DNA of 27,428 nt. It comes from Thelocarpon superellum. Its lineage: Eukaryota. Where the stretch lies: positions 62,001 through 89,428 of the forward strand of contig JAPEUG010000020.1 in assembly GCA_026025795.1 (NCBI GenBank), written 5' to 3'. Under the pieces are notes generated by a model that was given only the letters and a program-made list of their open reading frames with translations, was not told the origin of the DNA and searched no databases. A program made the position numbers and the translations under genes. Of the stretch, positions 1 through 9,644 are shown piece after piece; position 1 is the stretch's first letter, and every line of letters begins with the position of its first letter.

Positions 1-879
1 GCCCGGAAGACGAGGGATTGACGGTGGATGCCATCGTCACGCTCTCCGAAGAAGCGCTGGTCCTTTACGTCAAGGCCCTGTCGTTACTCGCCCGCGCCAT
101 GGATATCGCCAGGGCGTGGTGGGCTCGCAAGACTCGACGAGAAGTTGCGGGAGAATCACCACGCTCCGAGGCCAGTGCGGCAGGCACGATTGCGGCTGGG
201 AATCGGATCAACAACGTCGTGCAATGGGTGCGCAGTCGGTTCAACGAGGTGCTCGAAAAGGCAGAGTTTGTGGCGCGCAAGTTGGTAGACGCGCAAAAGC
301 AGCTTCCTTACAGCCATCCGAGCCACCCCAGCAACCATCCGACGGTGTCGACGTCATCGACTAGACTCGGAACCTCCACGGATGCCGTAGTCGTCGGATC
401 GGGGGTCACGGCGGAAAAGCTCATGTACGACCGCGCCTTGGAGATGAGCAGGGCGGCGGCGGTAAATGAGTTGCTGGGCGACGACCTTCCGGGATGTGAG
501 ATTGCGTACGTGACGGCGGTGAGGATGCTAGAGGCGGTTCTGGAGGGCGACGAAGGATGCGACCGAGACGAGCGGCCGATTGACGGCATGGAGGTGGAAG
601 ATCGCAAGGTGGTTGAGAAGTGTGAGTGTTGTCACCCTCTGACGGCGAGTCTCAGCTGACCTCGATTTAGTGGTGGCTAGCATGCGAGGACGGCTTCAAG
701 CTCTGCGGAAGAAGATGGCCATGATCTCCAAACGCCAGTCTACTCATGCGCCGCCGTCACAATCCTACAAACCAAGGGGAGCGGCGCCACCTCCATCGCC
801 TCCATCGACGACTTCTGCTATGGCTCATCTCCCGCCTACGTCCTATCCTCAGCCTAGCTATGCGACGACGCCTCCGTGA
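1..879 (+). CDS. ATG1: Autophagy Ser/Thr kinase Atg1, C-terminal (tandem MIT-like) part; 5'-partial. Exons <1..621, 671..879
   Basis: Translation shows the fungal Atg1 C-terminal motifs [44 protein letters not shown] and [22 protein letters not shown]...[17 protein letters not shown]. Intron 622..670 (GTGAGT...GCTGAC...TTAG, 49 nt) joins in frame to [16 protein letters not shown]...TTPP*. Confidence 0.93.
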
Positions 880-1020
880 ATAGTATCCGCATGACGACGA
901 CGACGATCTTCTTTCTGTCTATGCGTCCAAAACTTTCCTTTCTTATGTTCTCCCTTTCTTTCTCTATTCTCTAAGTCCGGGTGTCGTCGCTCTGACGACA
1001 CAGGCTAGTAAGGTTAGGTA

Positions 1021-1392
1021 TCAGTGGCATATGCCTGGTATTGAGGCGTGGGGGTGAGGTTGAGCTGAGGTGGCATGCGCGAGCATGAGTGCGCAAGGCA
1101 CAAGGTGCGCGGAGAACCAGGTGTGCGGAGAACCAGGTGTGCGGAGAACCAGGTGTGCGGAGAACCAGGTGTGCGGAGAACCAGGTGTGCGGAGCGAATC
1201 CAAAGGCGCACATGTTGTCAGGCGTTGTTGAGATTGTTCAGTGTTGGGTTGTCCGACTATTGTCGATATGCTGTGAACATTTTCAACTCTCCGCTTACGG
1301 GTGTCTGTGGGCTGTACGTGAGGAGAAGTGCGGGATTGTCCTGAAATGGTCTCGAAGCTGTCTATTTCCATTTCCATCTCTTTTCTTTCCAT
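1021..1392 (-). CDS. Candidate small orphan ORF (123 aa, MERKEMEMEIDSFETISGQSRTSP...), convergent with ATG1 and containing the 16-bp array
   Basis: ATG in ideal fungal context (CACAACATGG), CA/CT-rich leader, TGACGTCA about 90 nt upstream, open frame to TGA at 1021. No recognisable domain. Confidence 0.3.
   Translation of the reverse strand: MERKEMEMEIDSFETISGQSRTSPHVQPTDTRKRRVENVHSISTIVGQPNTEQSQQRLTTCAPLDSLRTPGSPHTWFSAHLVLRTPGSPHTWFSAHLVPCALMLAHATSAQPHPHASIPGICH
1111..1194. repeat. Perfect 16-bp tandem repeat (GGAGAACCAGGTGTGC)x5 plus GGAG
   Basis: Identical units at 1111, 1127, 1143, 1159 and 1175; a degenerate partial unit (AGGTGCGC) precedes them. Confidence 0.98.
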
Positions 1393-1478
1393 GTTGTGGG
1401 TTGGCGTTGATTGTCGATGGAGATGAAGATGACGATTAACGGCGCTGGCTACGCAAGGCGGTGCGATGTGTTTCGATG

Positions 1479-1486
1479 TGACGTCA
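1479..1486. promoter_or_regulatory. CRE/ATF-type bZIP site TGACGTCA
   Basis: Exact 8-bp palindrome about 90 nt upstream of the minus-strand ATG at 1392; function is inferred only. Confidence 0.3.
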
Positions 1487-1577
1487 TCTGCGCGGCCTCT
1501 GCCTCTCAAAATTGGATTACTACGGGAGGGACTTGGGGGACATGCCGACAGAGAAGAATGTGAGGGCGACCCACAAT

Positions 1578-1763
1578 GAAAGGAAGGAAGGAAGGAAGGA
1601 AGGGAGGGAGGGAGAGCACATGAGAAATGAGGGGCGCAGAAGGAAACACAGCTTTTCGGAGGAACAGATAACGGAGGATGAAACGAGAGAGGGGGGGGCG
1701 GAGAGAGGAAGGGGAAAAGGAAGGAAGGAACATGAAGGAGAAAGGAGGAAAAAAGGAAACAAA
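1578..1763. repeat. Purine-rich low-complexity tract with (AAGG)n/(GAGG)n runs (CT-rich on the minus strand)
   Basis: AAGGAAGGAAGG...AGGGAGGGAGGGAGA at about 1580-1615; purine-dominated sequence continues to about 1760. Confidence 0.85.
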
Positions 1764-1860
1764 TGCATGACGACGGAATGACATGATGACTGTTTCTCCC
1801 ATGTATTTACTTTCATACCTCTTTCGACACCACTTTACTCATGTACAAGATATTCTTCAG

Positions 1861-1991
1861 ACCAACCGACCGCCTGACTCACTACTGACTGAGTGGTTAA
1901 CTGATTGACCACTGACTGAGTAATTAACTAGTTAATTGACTGGCTCGCCATTTACCTGTTTTTGGCCCCGCTTATGAGGAGGAGTGCTGTA
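1861..1991. mobile_element. Possible relic end of a Tc1/mariner-pogo-type DNA transposon with an adjacent degenerate tetranucleotide array
   Basis: Minus strand reads TA|CAGCACTCCTCCTCATAAGCGGGGCC (TA at 1990-1991), which resembles pogo/Tigger-type TA|CAG...CCTC..ATA termini. A degenerate (GACT/AACT/GATT) array lies inside it. I saw no partner TIR and no transposase. Confidence 0.22.
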
Positions 1992-2563
1992 GTATCATTC
2001 TTGCTCCTGTTCTTTGTTCATTGCTTAAAGCTCGTGATGATCGCCTCGTAGGGCACGATTGCATGGAGTGGTTCTAGAAGATGGAGCGCTCCGTAAAAAT
2101 GAGTAGACAGCTCGAGGTACTGTATGAGCTCGAGCACCGTACGAATATGATTGTGTATCAGAGTATTCTCACGAGCTCAACGGGTAGAGGACGGACGAGT
2201 GCCCGTAAATCAGACGTGCGGAGCGGTGACAGAGTGTTATGTATATATGACGAAGGTGACTTTGTACACTGTCAAGTACTCCCTTGCGCTATTCCCTTCT
2301 CTTCCGTCCCCAAACCTGACTGCGCGCTGTCAGAGAAGTTCCCACAGAATGATTGAGATCCGGCTCAGCCTCATTACTGATTTCGAGTTCGAATCAGGCG
2401 AGGCGAATGAATTGCTTGAGATGGAGATGGAGATGGAGATGGTAACAGTCTCGTCGCGCTCCGTATCATGTCGTATCGAAGTGGTCGACTTGGACGGTGG
2501 ACTGTTCACACGAAAGAGGGGGGGGAGGAGAGGGGGAGAGAGGGAAGAAGGGCGATGCGTGAT

Positions 2564-3196
2564 TCAACCGCCGATTTGCAAAGACGAGACACCGCCGCCA
2601 GGTTCAAGTTGCCCGCACTGGTGATCTTCCAGGAGCTTCACGATCGACCTATGGCCTGTTTCCCGCGCCCACCATAATGCTGTCCTTCCCTCCGTATCTG
2701 CGATGCTCGTGTCTGCCTTTGCTCGAAGCAACATATCCGCCGCCCCTTTGTATCCCCTTCGTACTGCCCACATGAGTGGAGTGTGGCCAGAACTGTCTGG
2801 GGTATCGACGTTGGCGTTCGCCTTGACCAATATTTCCACCGCTCTCATTCGATTATCTCGGATTAGAGACCGGATCGGCTTGGATAAGTCTTTAAGCGGT
2901 GGAGCAGGAAGCTCAATGTTGAAGAGAAACTCGTCGCGCTCGGCCATGAAGTCACCGAGAGCCCATGATAGAGGAGTTCGACTGTTATTGTCGGCAGCGT
3001 TGACGTCCGCGTTTGATGCAAGGAGTACCTCAACCATGCGCTGAACAAAATTGTGGCCCTGGTAGTGCGTGGTGCGAGAGAGCGGAGTTCGACCCTGATT
3101 GTCCCGAGACTCCAGCTCAGCTCCTCTCTCAAGTAGCAGCCCTGCGACTTCATCTCGTCCTTCCCCTGCGGCATGTGAGAGAGCGGAGTTCTGGTA
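2564..3196 (-). pseudogene. Ankyrin-repeat gene fragment (about 5 repeats), 5'-truncated or frameshifted
   Basis: Open frame 3196..2564 reads SALSHAAGEGRDEVAGLLLERGAELESRDNQGRTPLS...MVEVLLASNADVNAADNNSRTPLSWA...ANVDTPDSSGHTPLMWAVRRGYKGAADMLLRAKADTSIADTEGRTALWWARETGHRSIVKLL. The frame is closed upstream by TGA (3199-3197) with no ATG before the first repeat, and the matching RTPLSH lies in another frame. Confidence 0.7.
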
Positions 3197-3729
3197 TCAG
3201 GTGGCGGCACCGACGGCGCCTCCCTGTACCTCTCCACGCCCGGGGCTTGCTTCCCCCTTCTTGCTGGGATGTTTCAGCTCGCATCCTTGCATCCTAGAGT
3301 GATGAAAAAGGCAGTGCGTGTCTCCAGGTTGCCTCGCTGGTTAGGATCTAACTGTCCAGATTGTTGCCACGGCCGAGTTGAGCTCGGTTCTTCGGTAGAG
3401 GCGGGATGAGTACCACGCAGTACGCACGTTGCGAAGGGAACTGGAAGGTGGCGGTGTATCATTACTTGACTAGTCAGCACGCACCAGTACTTGACCGTGG
3501 GCGCCTGCTACGAAAGATCGCCCTTACAAACATATTCGCCTCGGGCTACACTTATTGCCGTCAGGAAAAAGAACTGTCTTCTCGTCTTTCTGAAGTGTTT
3601 CACCTGCCAAATGCTAGGACTAACGCTGACTGATTTTCGGTCTGATCCTATTGCAGTGGTTGAAGTAATCAGGAAACTCATGGACGGGCCATGCTGTCAG
3701 GAGCGGGAATCAGCCTTCACGGTACTACG

Positions 3730-4074
3730 CTACGGCAGGAAAGATGTCATGGGTAAGGTTGTCATTGAGTCATGGAAAAATGCGAGGACAGATGAGAGTT
3801 CTGAGGAAATCCCCCTCCTCCCTGCCGTTATCCCGCGGCGGACGTTCCACCATACTTCCTCCCCACAGCACCATGCTACCCTAAGAGAGAAAAGAGAAGA
3901 AGGAGATGGGGCAGAAGAAGGCAGAAATATGAAGGAAGGGGACCAAAGTCCCTTGAGGTGTAGCAAGCATAGGAAGATAGAGCTGGCCCAGCCAGCCGAT
4001 TCATCCTTGTGCGTCACCCACGGCTTCCCATGGACTAGAGCCGCGAGTGACAAGACACTCAAATATGAGAGCAT
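3730..4074 (-). CDS. Candidate small secreted-protein gene or relic (signal-peptide-like N-terminus); exon structure unresolved
   Basis: ATG at 4074 in CATCATG context after a pyrimidine-rich leader. MLSYLSVLSLAALVHG-KP looks like a signal peptide. Possible donor GTGGGT at 4021 and a long polypyrimidine tract ending in TAG at 3881. Confidence 0.25.
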   Translation of the reverse strand: MLSYLSVLSLAALVHGKPWVTHKDESAGWASSIFLCLLHLKGLWSPSFIFLPSSAPSPSSLFSLRVAWCCGEEVWWNVRRGITAGRRGISSELSSVLAFFHDSMTTLPMTSFLP

Positions 4075-4963
4075 GATGCGGAAAGGGTAGGAGACGATGA
4101 GACAAGGGATCAGCGCTCTAAAGACTGGAAAACGCAAAGGACATGGTCGTGTCGGGTCGTAGCGGGTCATTAAATTTCGTCGTCGTCGTATCGTCGATGC
4201 AGCAGGAAATGGTTGGCTTTGGCCTGGCTGGTTCGATTGGTAGCTGGGGTTGGTCGCTGGCGGTTGAGATGGCACTATTGGCTTGGAAAACTGACGTTCC
4301 ACGGTCGGGAAGTCCCATCGCGTAGACATTGAAGTCGGTTCAGCGAGTCCCGCATTGACCTTGTCAAGAACGGTAGTCGCGCAAGACGCACAAGTACTCG
4401 TACCGACAGGAGGTGATAGGGTTGGGCGGGCAGTTGCGCTTGGTGGGCAGGCGTCTGGCTCGCGGAAGCGAAAGGCATCCGAGACGCGTCCGCGAACGGC
4501 CTAGGCACTCTGAGCAGCAAGCTTGTCAGCAAGGCATCTGCATCCGACAACGGTTGAAGGCAGAACGAGTGACAGGTATTGGGCGGGCAGCCTTCGGAAG
4601 CGGACCCACCACCACCGCCAGCCAGCGGCACTCACGCACCGCTCAGTCGCGCGCGTGCACCTGGTCGGCACGCTGTTTGCGGAGCGGCTTGCAGTAGTGC
4701 GACTGTGCGGCTCTGCCCGCCAGCGAGGAGCGGCGCTAAAACATCCACCCACCCGCATGGAAATGTGTGGGGGGAGGGGTGACGAAAGGGAGGGAGCGAC
4801 TAGGTAACCGAAGGTGGACCGGTGCTGTACGAGTACCAGAACACCGCCGTCGATGAGACGGAGGGAATGTGGGACGAAGGGAGTAAGGGAGTAAGGGAGT
4901 AGGGGAGTAGGAGCTGCTCGCATACGCACCGGCGGTCGGGAATGTACTCGTGCTGGCTCCAGC

Positions 4964-5375
4964 TCAGCTCCAACCTGTTTCTCTCCAAGTGCACATGTTG
5001 CTGCTTAGCCAGGCTCGCGCGCCCGTGCCGATGTCCGCGCCTGCGCCCGTGGCTGCGCCCGTGGCTGCGCCCGTGCTCTGTCGCACGCCCACCCCATCAA
5101 GGAGCTTCGTTGATCGTCGCAGCAATGCCTCGTCGATCCAGGTCACCAGCTCATCATGGGGGCAATCTTCGTCGCACGAGTAAAGTTTCTCGTCAAAGCA
5201 ATCGAAATCGTCCAGCGTCCCTATCGCGGAGAATCGAGCTGCGTCAGTCAGGGACCGAGATGACTCAGGAACGGCGAATCTCACGTTTACCATAAGGCTC
5301 TCGACCTCCGCCACTAGGGGGAGGTGGTGGTGGGTTGGCAGGCGGCGGATAATCTCCTTCGGGTGATGCAGCCAT
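4964..5375 (-). CDS. Candidate two-exon small orphan protein (about 120 aa). Exons 5375..5285 (or ..5291) and 5238..4964
   Basis: CACCATGG start at 5375 and TATATA at 5461-5467. Donors GTGAGA (5284) and GTAAAC (5290) are both phase 1, and CTGACTGACGCAG gives a branch point and acceptor at 5239. Splicing joins MAASPEGDYPPPANPPPPPPSGGGREPY in frame to RFSAIGTLDDFDCFDEKLYSCDEDCPHDELVTWIDEALLRRS...GWS*. Confidence 0.5.
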
Positions 5376-5460
5376 GGTGTCTAGGAGTGCTGAGTGGTGA
5401 TGATAGTTGAGGAGAGACGTCCGATGCGGAAGTCATCCGTGCAACGGGAGGTCGCGAGTC

Positions 5461-5467
5461 TATATAT
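5461..5467 (-). promoter_or_regulatory. TATA-box-like element for the candidate gene starting at 5375
   Basis: ATATATA on the minus strand about 86 nt upstream of the ATG, in otherwise GC-rich DNA. Confidence 0.4.
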
Positions 5468-8400
5468 TGGAAGTCTGGGCTGCTAGGTGGAAGGACGTGC
5501 TACAACTCTATGTGCAAAGTACTTTGTACCAGAACTGATTTGGAGGGCATGCCCAGCAGCCGGTGTCGGTGGTGGTGGTGACAATAATCCCTGACGGCAC
5601 TACGAATGCGCTGGACAGACGCATCATGTGCACTCGTGCGGTTGCCGACCATTCGCCCACCACCACTTCCTTCTCCCAGGCGGGGAGGACGCAAATGAGA
5701 GGTACCCACGGAGAGCCGTGCATGCTGTCGGTACTATGGCTGCCGGGATCCTCCACCTCAGATTTCCAGGTCGATGAGACGAGACTTGGTTCATCGATTC
5801 GGGCCGGGGTGACATCGCCTGAGCTGTTCTCTCCCGGCTCGTCCACCGACCCCGCCAAACGCCAGAGCTCGAGCCGAGCCACGCATATGTTGATCCGAAC
5901 TGTAGAGTGACGGCCCGTCGGAAACGGCATGACTCAACCGAAGAGGTAGCTGGTCATTGATGGTGAAACGACACCGTGCAGCGCTCCCGGCATCAGCGAA
6001 TGATCCTTCGATGGGTTTTGTTCGCGGTGGTCATCTTTAACTATCCAGGATCGAAGTGGGTGGGGGAAGGGGCCAGGGAGAGACGGGGAAGGGAGAGCGG
6101 CGGGCAAGTTGGGACGGCGGACGAGCAGCGCTAACGGTGCATGCGATGGTAACACAAATCCAGCACTCGACCTGGGTGGGATGCAGGTGCTGCAGTGCGG
6201 TACTACCGTACAATAGTACTCCTATTTCACCAAATGGCACGCCACAGTGCCATCGGGAAAGGAGGACGATGTTGCCAGCGGCATAGGATCGCATCTCTCT
6301 CCCAGCATCGCAGCGGCTAGGATTGCGCATTGGCGGTCACGTCGGTCCTGACAATACTGTCGGGCGCCGGTCGTGGTAATGAGCTCGGCTTCTCACGGCT
6401 GTAGTCGCATGCCTTCCACCGCCGCCAAGTCCCGCTGGACGGGAACTCGGTCCGCCTCAACCACGTTCGTCGACAGCTTGTTCGCTTCGTTCCAGAGCCC
6501 TCCCTCAGTGGAACACATTGGCCTCTGCCTGGAGCACCGGAGCCGGGAGATCCCTGTCGCCAATTGCGTCGGCGTGCGGGCGAATTGGCGTGACATTTCA
6601 TCAATCTGGGCGCATCTTCCTCCGACCTCACTGAACACCGGCGTGATTTCTTCGGCCGGGAGTATGGAGGGGTGGTCGGGTGACCGACGTGCCCAGCGCC
6701 GTGGCCTTCCCTTGCTTTGCCCTGGACGCCTGGAACCAGAGGGATCCCTACAGGCTAAACTCTAAAGCTCGCTCCGGAAGACTGAAGTCCCCTGCCCGGC
6801 CTTTAGTGTGGCTCGGCTCCTTATCGGCGGCTAGGGTGCCAAAGGTCGTGGAAATGTGCTCCAGAGCCAGCCACGGACCAACGTGCAACTTGGGCGTCTC
6901 ACCAGCGGAGCTGCTGGGTCGGATTGCTTACCAGAGCCGTGGCCCGTCATTCGGGACGAGCCTATCATGTGAACAGGTGACGTACGAAGAACCCGCAATG
7001 ATGTCAGATCTGCGGCTGTATCATATTAACCACCATGATGGACTTGCGGCTGACGAATGCGCGGCTTTGACGAGCTCTCTGGCGTGGTGAATCTGCCACC
7101 GTGGAAATGAACGGGAGCGATGAAAGTGTAACGTAGGAAGAACATTCTTCGCTCATCGATAGATCTTCGCGGCCACGGTCGCAACTCTGAATTGAATGAG
7201 ATGCCAAGTCTTGTAGCCGCGAGCTTCCCTGCAGGCAGTTCGACGATCGGAGCTTTCACAGGGCCTCCATCGCCAATGTCGTATCCGCACATGACGAGCT
7301 CCGACCACTCTGAACTAGGGCCATCCAATGGAGGGTCACCATTCAGCACCTTTGGATCGGAGTTTTCAGAAATCGGGGCGATAACCAAATTGTACTTCGC
7401 CGACAGGGGTCTACTCTATATGGCTGGTCCACACCCTTCCACGCAGCTTCCAGCCGCCGCACTCCCGGGATTTGGGCACATACCGCTGCGCGTATCATGG
7501 GTGTGTACGATGCTTCCAGACCCCGGCACCTTCCCAGAAGAAAGCCTAACCGGGATGGTCCCCTCTCGATCTAAGGCGTTGGGGTCCGTAGCAACAGTCC
7601 CTTACGCGCGGTCAGGTGGTACGGCAGATGTGAGACGGCTAACATCACCGTGCCGCGCAGCAGGGGCATCAAGTTACGAGCACCTCGGAGCCGGAGATGA
7701 GATGGAGTCGCGTGATGAGTGGTGATCTCGGGCAACGAGAGGGAGCAGGTCTGATAAGAAGGCCGGAGGACCCTTATTAAGTGGCTTGACTTGCTCCCCG
7801 GGTGGTGGGCACGCGTACCGTACAGCCGTGAGTCAGAGATGAGGTGCCCGTTCGCTTTGAATCGCGGAAAATTGGTGGTCGTCGGCAACGTCACAATCTC
7901 GGCGCGACCGACGAGCGGCGCCGCTGAATCGAGGCAAACAGACCGATTATTCACGATAGCCGATTCCGCTCACTCTCGGCCTATCTCGGTGGTGGAGTAC
8001 CAACGGATCAGAGAGGACGAAAGGAAATGCGTGCCGCCGCCTGATGACCAACCGATCATTATACAGATCCCGCATCTCGCATGCTGCGAAGACTAAGCTT
8101 TCCCCGTCGTACCTAATGCACCCATCGGCCCCTGTAAGGCGGCCATACCGAAGCGGCATCTGGCAGGTTGGCAAAGCATGGTATGTTATGGTAGGTGGTT
8201 GGGGCGATTACGGGTCGACCGGGTGCCGGGTGGTGCTAGAATGACGCACTTTCCGCTCCGCACCGTACCGTGGAGCCTCGTTGCCCTTACTTCGCGCCGG
8301 GGCCGCGCCAGGGCGCGCGCCGTGCTGTCGTGGAGCTTGCTTGCTGGTCGGTCGGCTGGACCCAAAGAGCCGGCGCAAGCCGAGCGGAGCTTGCGGCTGT

Positions 8401-9175
8401 GCACTTGGTATCGTGCCAGCAGATCAGGGAGCCTGCCAGCCAACCGCCTCGGACGGAGGAAGGAAAGCGTGACGAGCCTAGATCACGGACGGCTTGCTCT
8501 ACCATCCGACTGGTCCACGTGCCCGTCCTGCCGTTACGCCGGTGTTGATCCTCCGAGCACGGACGATAATCATGGTGCTGCGACAGGCTTCTTGACCTCT
8601 GGTCTTCGACCTCCGATATCGCCCACCAAGTCGTGATACTCCGATGGCATTCCTGCACTCCGAAGCGCCAGCTGCAGTCTAGTTCCAACGCCGATGGCGG
8701 CGATACGTCATGGCTCTTCCAGTCCGGGACGTGGCGTACGCTTGTCCAGCCCTGTGACCCGGATGTACGGAGGTGCGGATGTACGTGGCATTAGTAAAGG
8801 GTAGTGATAGTGGTCGCAGCAGCGGTGGCGTGGAGAAGAAAGTTACTATATGTACGGTAGTAGCCACCCTTGCCCCCCCTCCCCCTCCTCCTTCCCCTCC
8901 CCGTCCTGCTGTGAATTAGGTTCGACCCGGTGTTATCTGATCTGGGCTCTCAATGGTGCATCCAGAATGAGGCGACAAGGCGACAAGGCGACAGCGAGGG
9001 AAGACGTGGCGCTGAACTTGACAGACACACTCGTCCAGACCAAATCCAAACAATCACTCTCGATGCCTCGTTGTCGCCGCTGTCGCTGCCGCTACCGCTC
9101 CTGCGGCAGGTGCTGACATGTTCCGTCACACGCATCCTTATTCCAACATGGTCTCAAACTCCTCCAATATGTTCG

Positions 9176-9610
9176 CTACCTGACGGAGCGGGCGCTCAAG
9201 CTCGCAAAAGCGTCTGGGCTGTGTCGTCCTTGCTGCCAGCCTCCAAGATCGACGCTCTCCTGACTTCCGTGCCGTAAAATTCCACTCGCTTGTGCTCCTG
9301 CCACCGCCGACTGGTGTGATGCATTTGTCGCGTTCGTGAGGAATGGGTTTCGATTGCCCGCCAACGCGCCCATGGGGCTCGACACGCTCCGTTGGCTTTG
9401 ACCTGAGGCTAGAGTATGAGCTTGAGTGGTTGGTACCGGCGAGACCGCGTCGAGCCCACTGGAGGACCTGAGGCCCGCTGGAGCGGGGGCGAGCGTTGTC
9501 GGCGCAAGCTGTGGGTAATTGTACAGGGCCATGATGCTTGACTTGTCCGCTCTCTCGGGCGGCTGAAAATGCATCGGCTGTCGTTGAGATGATAGCTGAT
9601 ACGTCATGAA

Positions 9611-9644
<34 letters not shown>

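Noticed and set aside
1111..1194. CRISPR-like array
   Set aside because: Units are directly adjacent with no spacers, no cas genes are present, and the context is eukaryotic.
2158..2208. F-box-like fragment LRALVRPLPVELVRIL* on the minus strand
   Set aside because: Too short, ends in a stop immediately, and has no supporting downstream F-box residues.
2378..2397. tRNA B-box-like GTTCGAATC (also GGTTCGACCC near 8919)
   Set aside because: No cloverleaf, acceptor stem or A-box could be built around either; the first is only a small local hairpin.
5500..8700. ORFs of 100-180 aa on both strands (e.g. 7192..7725+, 7026..7388-, 6373..6765+ ending in AKL)
   Set aside because: No recognisable motifs or consistent splice structure. 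Such ORFs are expected in GC-rich DNA, and the PTS1-like AKL is probably chance.
5500..8700. Telomerase RNA candidate in the long non-coding stretch
   Set aside because: I found no TAACCCTAA-type template on either strand.
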